Below are positions 58,089 through 64,000 of a DNA stretch of 64,000 nucleotides, piece by piece. This DNA is from Elusimicrobiota bacterium (lineage in GTDB: Bacteria > Elusimicrobiota > Elusimicrobia > UBA1565 > UBA9628). The stretch covers positions 6,688 to 70,687 of the forward strand of contig JACQWX010000005.1 in assembly GCA_016209035.1 (NCBI GenBank), read 5' to 3'. The notes beneath the pieces were generated by a model, which was not told the DNA's origin, made no database searches, and saw nothing but the letters and a program-made list of their open reading frames with translations. Made by a program: the position numbers and the translations under genes. Numbering within the stretch: the stretch's first letter is position 1; the number at the start of each line of letters is the position of its first letter.

Positions 58089-60320
58089 ATGAAGGCCCGC
58101 GCGGCGAGCGTCATCGGTGCCGCCGGCCTGGCGGCCTGGCTGGCCGCCGGCGCTGCCTTCCTCGTGAGGGGCCGAGGCCATCTGCCTGGCCCGGAACAGG
58201 ACCAGAGCCCTCAGGTCGCGGTGGACTATGCCGAGCGCGGGGAAGCGCTCATCCACGGCCTGCCCGTGGACCCGGACCTGCACATGAACCTGCCGGTGTC
58301 CACGGTCTGGGCGGCCTTGGCCTTCGACCATTGGGGAGCCTCCCTCAGGTGCTACAAGACCGCTGTCCTGGCCGCGTTCCTGGTCCTGCTCGGCGCGGTC
58401 TGCGCGGCGCTCTGCCCAGGTTCTCCCTGGCCTGCCGCCATGGCGGCGGCTCTCGCGGCTTGGTGCCTGTCGCCCGACTTTCTCGTATATCCCCAGTTGG
58501 AATACGCGGTCCTGGTCGGGCTTGCGGCGGGGGCCCTGGTCTGGCGCAGTCGTCAGCCGTCTTGGCGGCGGACGCTGGTATTCTCCCTGGCCGTGGGAGC
58601 GACCCTGCTGTTCCGCTCCCCCCTGGCCTTCTTCCCGCCTTTGCTGGCGCTCGACGAATGGATCCGCATCCGGCGCAGCCGCGCAGCGCCGTACTGGCGG
58701 CGCGGCCTCATCCTGTGCGTGGTCCCGTACCTCTTCCTCATCCCGTGGACGAGGATGAACTGGCTGCTGCGCCATCAGGTCGTCGTGTTCGAGGGGGGGC
58801 AGGCCTCCACCAACATCGTCACCGGAGCCCTGGGCCTGGTGCAGACCATCGAGGGGGATTGGACCATGCTGGTGGACCCCTCCGTGGACGCGAGCCGGCC
58901 GTCCGCGGTCCTGGCTTGGGCCGCCCGGGAAGTTGGAAAGCATCCCCTGCGGTACGTCGAAGCCGTGGTCCGCAGGGCCCACCTTTGCTTGAGTCAGTTC
59001 CCGGTGCTGTGGTTCCTCGCGTTCGCGGCGTGGTGGCGGTTCCGGCGGCGGCCAGGGCATCGGCAGCTGGGGCTTCTCGCCGCGTATTTCGTCCTCATCC
59101 ACTGCGCCATGAGCGTGGACCTGCGGTACCTGACGCCGCTCTGGCCGCTCCTGGCGGTGCTGGCCGCGTCCTTGGCCGAGTTGCCGGCGTCCCCGAAGGC
59201 GGACGGGGAGCCTTGGCCGGCCCGCGCAGGCGCGGCCGCGATCCTGGCCGGCGTCCTTCTCACGCTGGGACTGACCGGCTACACCATGGCCAAAGTGTGG
59301 GCCATGGCAGGCGCCGCCGGTCTTCCCTGGAGCGACGAGGCTTGGCTCAAGAAGCTGGGGTCGTCGCCCAGGGATGCATGGCTTCTGGCCCAGAGGGCGG
59401 GCCAGCGCCTGGAGGCCGGGGACGCCGCGACCGCGGCCGAGAATCTGGCCCGGGCCGTGGGCCTGCGGCCCGACCGGGTGGACTACAGCCTCAAGCTGGA
59501 GTGGGTCCGCAACCTGAGCGGCAGGGGCGGACGCATCCTGGAGTGGCGGCTTCCTTCCACGGTCGTGGATTTCCGCGTCAAGATGGCGTTCCGGCTGTAC
59601 CGGGCCCACGCCCTCATGAGGAAGGGAGACCGCAAGGCCGCTCTGGAGGAAATCCGCAAGGCCAAGGCCATCTTCGAGGCGACCATCCGGGTCCACGGCG
59701 CCCCTGCGGAGCGCGAGAGACTGCTGGCCGAGATGCTGGTGTCCCGGGACGAGCGGTTCCCGGGCGTGGCCATGGGGTTCATGGTCGGCCTGCCGGCTCG
59801 CGAGGCCCTCTCGTTCTGCCGGGAGCTGGCCAAGGTCGAGGCCTCGGCCGATCGGCAATGCCTCGGCCTCATCGAGGCCGCGGCCGCCAGCGACCCAGGA
59901 TTCGCGGCGCAAGCCGCGAAACAAGCCGATCCTTCCGGCCTGCCGCCAACGGGACAGCATCGCCTGGCCCTGCTGCGCCAGCGCGTCGGCGACTACCGGG
60001 GCGCGGTGCGCATCCTCAAGGAGCTCGTCAAGCGGCACCCGGGCGAGGGGGTCTACTTCAGCGACCTCGGCGTCAACGAGTTCCTGGCAGGCTCCGCTGA
60101 CCAGGCTGTCGCGGACCTCAAGGTTGCGATCCGGCTCTCCCCTGACCGGCTGGCGCCGTACGCGTCCTTGGCCGCGGTCTATGCCCGACAAGGCAGGAAT
60201 GTCGAAGCCCTCAGGGTCTATGACGCGGCCCTGTCGGTCCGAGGCCAGGTCCGAGACCCCAGTGTGCGCGACGACATCGTCAAAGCCAGGAAGCTCATCC
60301 TCGAGCAGCAGGAACGATAG
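58089..60320 (+). CDS. Polytopic membrane (GT-C-like) protein with C-terminal TPRs
   Basis: Many TMs, ATLLFRSP, RYLTPLWP; TPR motifs at C-terminus. Confidence 0.7.
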   Translation: MKARAASVIGAAGLAAWLAAGAAFLVRGRGHLPGPEQDQSPQVAVDYAERGEALIHGLPVDPDLHMNLPVSTVWAALAFDHWGASLRCYKTAVLAAFLVLLGAVCAALCPGSPWPAAMAAALAAWCLSPDFLVYPQLEYAVLVGLAAGALVWRSRQPSWRRTLVFSLAVGATLLFRSPLAFFPPLLALDEWIRIRRSRAAPYWRRGLILCVVPYLFLIPWTRMNWLLRHQVVVFEGGQASTNIVTGALGLVQTIEGDWTMLVDPSVDASRPSAVLAWAAREVGKHPLRYVEAVVRRAHLCLSQFPVLWFLAFAAWWRFRRRPGHRQLGLLAAYFVLIHCAMSVDLRYLTPLWPLLAVLAASLAELPASPKADGEPWPARAGAAAILAGVLLTLGLTGYTMAKVWAMAGAAGLPWSDEAWLKKLGSSPRDAWLLAQRAGQRLEAGDAATAAENLARAVGLRPDRVDYSLKLEWVRNLSGRGGRILEWRLPSTVVDFRVKMAFRLYRAHALMRKGDRKAALEEIRKAKAIFEATIRVHGAPAERERLLAEMLVSRDERFPGVAMGFMVGLPAREALSFCRELAKVEASADRQCLGLIEAAAASDPGFAAQAAKQADPSGLPPTGQHRLALLRQRVGDYRGAVRILKELVKRHPGEGVYFSDLGVNEFLAGSADQAVADLKVAIRLSPDRLAPYASLAAVYARQGRNVEALRVYDAALSVRGQVRDPSVRDDIVKARKLILEQQER

Positions 60321-60361
60321 GGGTAGCCCAGTATTGGAAATGTAATCTGCGTATTCCATCC

Positions 60362-61162
60362 TTGGGCGTGGCCCGGCGAACTCGATTCCCGGCAGGGCGC
60401 CGTGCCGGCCGGCCTTGGGAACGGCGTTGCCGGCCGGCCCGGCGACTGTTCCTGTCGGCGGCGGCTGTCCTTTTCTGCTGCTTCTTCCCCCCGGTCTCGG
60501 CCGGCTGGGAGAACGAGTTCGATCTGAGCCTCAGTCCCGGCGCCCTGTATCCTTTCCTCGAGAGCCAGGGGATGATCAGGAAGTCCTTCACCCTGGGGCT
60601 TTGCGCCGACTGGTGGCTCGCGGACCAGATCGCGGTCGGTTTCGAGCTCCAGCAGGTCGTGGGGCACAAAGTGCCCGCCTCGTACAAGGCGCTCTTCAGG
60701 CCTGAACCGATGCTGGATTGGGAGCGCCTGCTCCGGGACCTCCGCGTCGAACTGGGCCGATCGGGCTTGGGCTACGAGATCTCCCCGGACTTCGGCGGCA
60801 GCCTCAAGCGCACGGGCTTCTCCTTCATCCCGAACCTGAAATTCGGCAAGACCATCGAGGGCTACAGGTCCATCGTGCGGGTCTACGCCTCGCTCGGGGT
60901 CGGGCTCGACCACAACGAGCTCAAGGGATCCATCTCCTTCAAGGGGAGCTACTCGGACGGAGGCTCCTTCAGCAAGACCCTGCCCATCGAGGAGATGCGC
61001 CGCAACGACATGGGGGTGAGCCTCGGGGTGGGCTTCATGATGCGGGGGATGGATTCCAGGATGTTGTGGGGGATGGACCTGCGCTACTACCGCATCATCA
61101 GGGACAACTCCGCGCCGGACGTCTTCCTCGCGCCGTCCCTCAAGTTCGGGTTCAAGTGGTAG
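60362..61162 (+). CDS. Outer-membrane beta-barrel protein (start uncertain)
   Basis: Signal peptide, alternating amphipathic strands, terminal LKFGFKW. Confidence 0.6.
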   Translation: MGVARRTRFPAGRRAGRPWERRCRPARRLFLSAAAVLFCCFFPPVSAGWENEFDLSLSPGALYPFLESQGMIRKSFTLGLCADWWLADQIAVGFELQQVVGHKVPASYKALFRPEPMLDWERLLRDLRVELGRSGLGYEISPDFGGSLKRTGFSFIPNLKFGKTIEGYRSIVRVYASLGVGLDHNELKGSISFKGSYSDGGSFSKTLPIEEMRRNDMGVSLGVGFMMRGMDSRMLWGMDLRYYRIIRDNSAPDVFLAPSLKFGFKW

Positions 61163-61186
61163 CGCCGCTCTCCTTAATAATACTCC

Positions 61187-61836
61187 ATGGCTTCCTTCTT
61201 TTGCGGGGCTTCCGTGTTCGGCCAAGCCAGCATCAGCGCGAGAAGCGGGACGGTCGAGACCTCTCCCGGGGGGGCCGTTTGGAAGCGAGTGAAGAGCATC
61301 CCCGCTCGTGTCGAGGCGTCCCAGCGGGTGCGCACCGGCCTGAAATCGTGGGCCACGCTGTCCTTTCCGGACAAGACCCGAATCGAGATGGGGGCCAACT
61401 CCTACGTGACCCTCGCCCCCGCCGACGAGACAGGGGCCGAATTGTCCCTCGACCTCGGCACCATCCATGCGTGGGTCGTGAAGCTTGTCACTCGGAAGAG
61501 GTTCATTGTACATACGCCTGCCGTGGACATGGCGGTGCGGGGCACGGAATTCACGGTCGAGATCGGAGACGGCAGGCCCTTGCGCAGTCTGCATGTTTTC
61601 TCCTGGCGTCCCTCATCGGGAGTCCGTTTGATGCCGCCACGATCAGCTGGACCGGCGCCGCCGGCGACAATAATTGGTACTCGGCCGGCAATTGGAGCCC
61701 GGCGCAGGTCCCGGCCGGGGCCGACGCCGCCGCCATCGACGCCAATGTCGCCGTCACGGTCAGCGCGAGTTCGCCCGCCATAAGGTACAACTACACCCTG
61801 ATGAGCCATCTCGTGGGGTTCTCCTACTCGTACTGA
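61187..61836 (+). pseudogene. Mosaic remnant: FecR-domain fragment + adhesin-like N-terminus + barrel C-terminal strand
   Basis: FecR motifs VRTG..LSFPDKTRIEMGANS..VHTP..AVRGTEF; another frame gives ISWTGAAGDNNWYSAGNWSPAQVP...GFSYSY. Confidence 0.5.
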
Positions 61837-61854
61837 ACCAGGCGCCGGCGGGGC

Positions 61855-63159
61855 TTAGAGCCGCGCGTAGAGCGGCAGGAAATGGAGCTTCCCCCGGCGC
61901 TCCGCGCGGACGTTCTCCGAGGACAGCACGACGGCCCTCCTGCAGGCTGGGTGCTCGGTGAGAAAGACCTGCAGGCTCCGCAGCCGTCCTGCCGGGCCGC
62001 TCTTCACCTCGACCGGGATGATCTCGCCGCGGCGCGAGAGCATGAAGTCCACCTCCGCCTCGGAGCTCTTGGCGGCCCGGCGCCAATAGTAAAGACGGTT
62101 GTTCTCCGAGCCATCTCCCCAGGAGAGCAATTGCTGTCCCACCAGTTGTTCGGCCACGGCCCCCCGGTAGACCGCGAGCAGGTCGCCTTGGGTGAGGATC
62201 TCCTTGGCCGGCAGCCCGCTGACATGCTGCATGAGGCCGACGTCGAGAAAGACGGCTTTGAACACCTTGGCGGACGCCGACGCCCCCAAGGGGAGGCCTT
62301 GGGCGGTCGTGGATCTGACCGCCTGCAGGATGCAAGCCTGCTCGAGGACCCGCAAGCAGATCTTGACCGTCTCGGTCCTGCTTTCCGGATCGAGGGAGGA
62401 GTACTTGATCTGGCAGCCGCAGAGACGGGGGAGCCGTTCGAAGACCTGCTGGAGGCAGTCCCGGTTGGCGCGCGGCGAATGCTTGGCGAAGTCCTGAAGA
62501 TACGCCGCGGCAAGGCTCCGATGAATCGAGGACACCTCGGCGAGGGAGCGCTTCTCCGAAAAAACGACGACGGCCTCGGGCATGCCGCCGATGACGGCGT
62601 AGAGCTTGAGCTGGTCGAGGAGCTTCCCATGGATCGCGTCCGGAACAGGGGCGGATTGCGCGAGGGAGGGGATGTGGCCGGCGAGGCGCTCCATGCCGGC
62701 CGCCCAGAGAAATTCTTCGAAGGAAAGAGGGCGCATCCATTCGAACTCGACGCGGCCCACCGGGAACGAGATGTCCTCCAAGGCGAACTCCAACAGGGAT
62801 CCGGCGGCAACGACATGCAGATCGGGCATTTCCTCATGAAAATATCGCAGCGCCATGAGCGCCCGGGGACACGCCTGGATCTCATCGAGGAAAAGGAGGG
62901 TCTCTCCGGGGACGAGCGGTTGACCTGTCGACGCCTCGATCAGGACCTTCAGGTGCCGTGCGGAAAGGTCGCTGCCGAAGATCTTGTGCAGGTTCCGGTC
63001 CTTTTCGAGATCAAGGATGATCTGGTATCGGAATTGCTCGCGGCCGAACCGAGTCACGGACCAGGTCTTGCCCACTTGACGGGCGCCGCGCATCACCAGA
63101 GGCTTGTGAAGAGGCCGGTTCTTCCACTCGATCAGGACAGACTCAATCTGCCGTTTCAC
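61855..63159 (-). CDS. AAA_14 ATPase with DUF4143 (C-terminal nuclease-like) domain
   Basis: GARQVGKT, FLDEIQ, AAGSLL, GGMPE, DVGL, EVDF..IPVEVKSG. Confidence 0.9.
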   Translation of the reverse strand: MKRQIESVLIEWKNRPLHKPLVMRGARQVGKTWSVTRFGREQFRYQIILDLEKDRNLHKIFGSDLSARHLKVLIEASTGQPLVPGETLLFLDEIQACPRALMALRYFHEEMPDLHVVAAGSLLEFALEDISFPVGRVEFEWMRPLSFEEFLWAAGMERLAGHIPSLAQSAPVPDAIHGKLLDQLKLYAVIGGMPEAVVVFSEKRSLAEVSSIHRSLAAAYLQDFAKHSPRANRDCLQQVFERLPRLCGCQIKYSSLDPESRTETVKICLRVLEQACILQAVRSTTAQGLPLGASASAKVFKAVFLDVGLMQHVSGLPAKEILTQGDLLAVYRGAVAEQLVGQQLLSWGDGSENNRLYYWRRAAKSSEAEVDFMLSRRGEIIPVEVKSGPAGRLRSLQVFLTEHPACRRAVVLSSENVRAERRGKLHFLPLYARL

Positions 63160-63225
63160 TGTAATTATACAGGAGTATTATGTCACTATTAATGTAATTA
63201 TACAACCAATTAATTACATTGTCAA
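63160..63225 (-). promoter_or_regulatory. Perfect sigma70 promoter with repeated TGTAATTA boxes
   Basis: TTGACA(63225-63220)-17nt-TATAAT(63202-63197); TGTAATTATACA at 63160 and 63193, inverted copy at 63211-63218. Confidence 0.78.
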
Positions 63226-63234
63226 TGGGTCGTC

Positions 63235-63999
63235 TCAAGCCTTGTGCTGGGGCCGCTCCTGGATGGAGTCGAGGCGGCAGGCCGCGCCCGGAGAGATTTC
63301 GGCCGCGTTGGCCTCGTCCGTGTCGAGGTGCAGCTCCAGCCTGAAGTCTGGGTGCACGCGCACGAGAACGTCGCCGTAGACGAGCGAGCGGGGCCCTTCG
63401 ACGCGCACGCGCACGACGTCCTTGTCGCGCAGGGCGAAGGCGAGGGCGTCCGCCGGCGACATGTGGATGTGGCGCCGGGCGTTGATGACGCCCTTGGTCA
63501 GCGTCACCGACCCCGCGGGGCCCTCGAGCGTGATGCCGGGACTCCCGACGATGTCCCCGGAGGCCCGGATCGGGGCGTCCAGGCCCAGCTTGAACTCCTC
63601 GGTCCGGGAAATCTCGACCTGGGACTCGGGCCTCACCGGGCCCAGCACGCGCACGCGCTCGATGCGGGCCTTGGGCCCCACCAGCGTCACAGCCTCCTCG
63701 GCCGCGAACTGCCCGGGCTGGGTCAGGTCCGAGTGCGGGGTGAGCGAGCGGCCGGCCCCGAAGAGGGCCGAAACGTGAGCCTGGGTGAGGTGGACATGGT
63801 GGGCGGAGACCCCGATGGGGATGGAGCTCTCCTTCCGGCTTTCGAGCACCTTGGCGACGCCCATGCGGCCGACGGCCTGGACGGACTGCCGGGCGATCAT
63901 GCGCTCCTCGTCCGTGCCGACCACGAGGACGCGCGTGCTCGATTCGCGGTCCGCGACGTCGACGACCTCTCCAGGCCCCACCTTGGCCGCCCGGTTCAA
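63235..63999 (-). CDS. Acetate kinase C-terminus fused to PduL phosphate acyltransferase (5' part outside window)
   Basis: VLVVGTDEERMIARQ (AckA end), then GVSAHHVHL, QPGQFA, RRHIHM, LHLDTDEANA (PduL). Confidence 0.85.
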   Translation of the reverse strand: MNRAAKVGPGEVVDVADRESSTRVLVVGTDEERMIARQSVQAVGRMGVAKVLESRKESSIPIGVSAHHVHLTQAHVSALFGAGRSLTPHSDLTQPGQFAAEEAVTLVGPKARIERVRVLGPVRPESQVEISRTEEFKLGLDAPIRASGDIVGSPGITLEGPAGSVTLTKGVINARRHIHMSPADALAFALRDKDVVRVRVEGPRSLVYGDVLVRVHPDFRLELHLDTDEANAAEISPGAACRLDSIQERPQHKA

Positions 64000-64000
64000 G

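Overview
High-GC bacterial window; gene content and style suggest Elusimicrobiota (inference). (1) 1-13022: right end of a prophage/integrative element inserted at tRNA-Asp(GTC). It carries a large serine recombinase, a LexA-like repressor, a sigma-70-like factor, a replication/recombination module (PD-(D/E)XK exonuclease, AAA_24 ATPase, DUF669, SF2 helicase, Prim-Pol/P4-type primase-helicase, iteron-like origin, Hjc-like nuclease), a NYN RNase facing an unannotated small RNA, and a GAGCC-repeat terminator leader near a Zn-ribbon gene. (2) 13.1-31.1 kb: giant internally duplicated membrane protein, orphan Tdi1-like immunity gene, tRNA-Val, Phd/RelE toxin-antitoxin pair, expanded GlmS, YfhO-like protein and a CHASE2-kinase/PP2C/FHA operon. 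(3) 31.1-40.3 kb, the main finding: an operon behind a c-di-GMP-I riboswitch encoding a PorV-like barrel-TPR protein (split by one in-frame TAG), a natural FliF(RBM3)-TM-FliG-TPR fusion, a long coiled coil, FlbD, MotA, MotB and two lipoproteins. No rod, hook, filament or export genes occur in the window, so this is a candidate non-flagellar rotary motor. (4) 40-64 kb: ddl, AsmA, PBP1A, alr-nadA-nadE, TetR, coiled-coil/TPR proteins, an AAA_14-DUF4143 ATPase and an AckA-PduL fusion, plus two related ~260-bp MITE-like hairpin elements with different terminal repeats. All calls come from reading motifs by eye; no searches were run.
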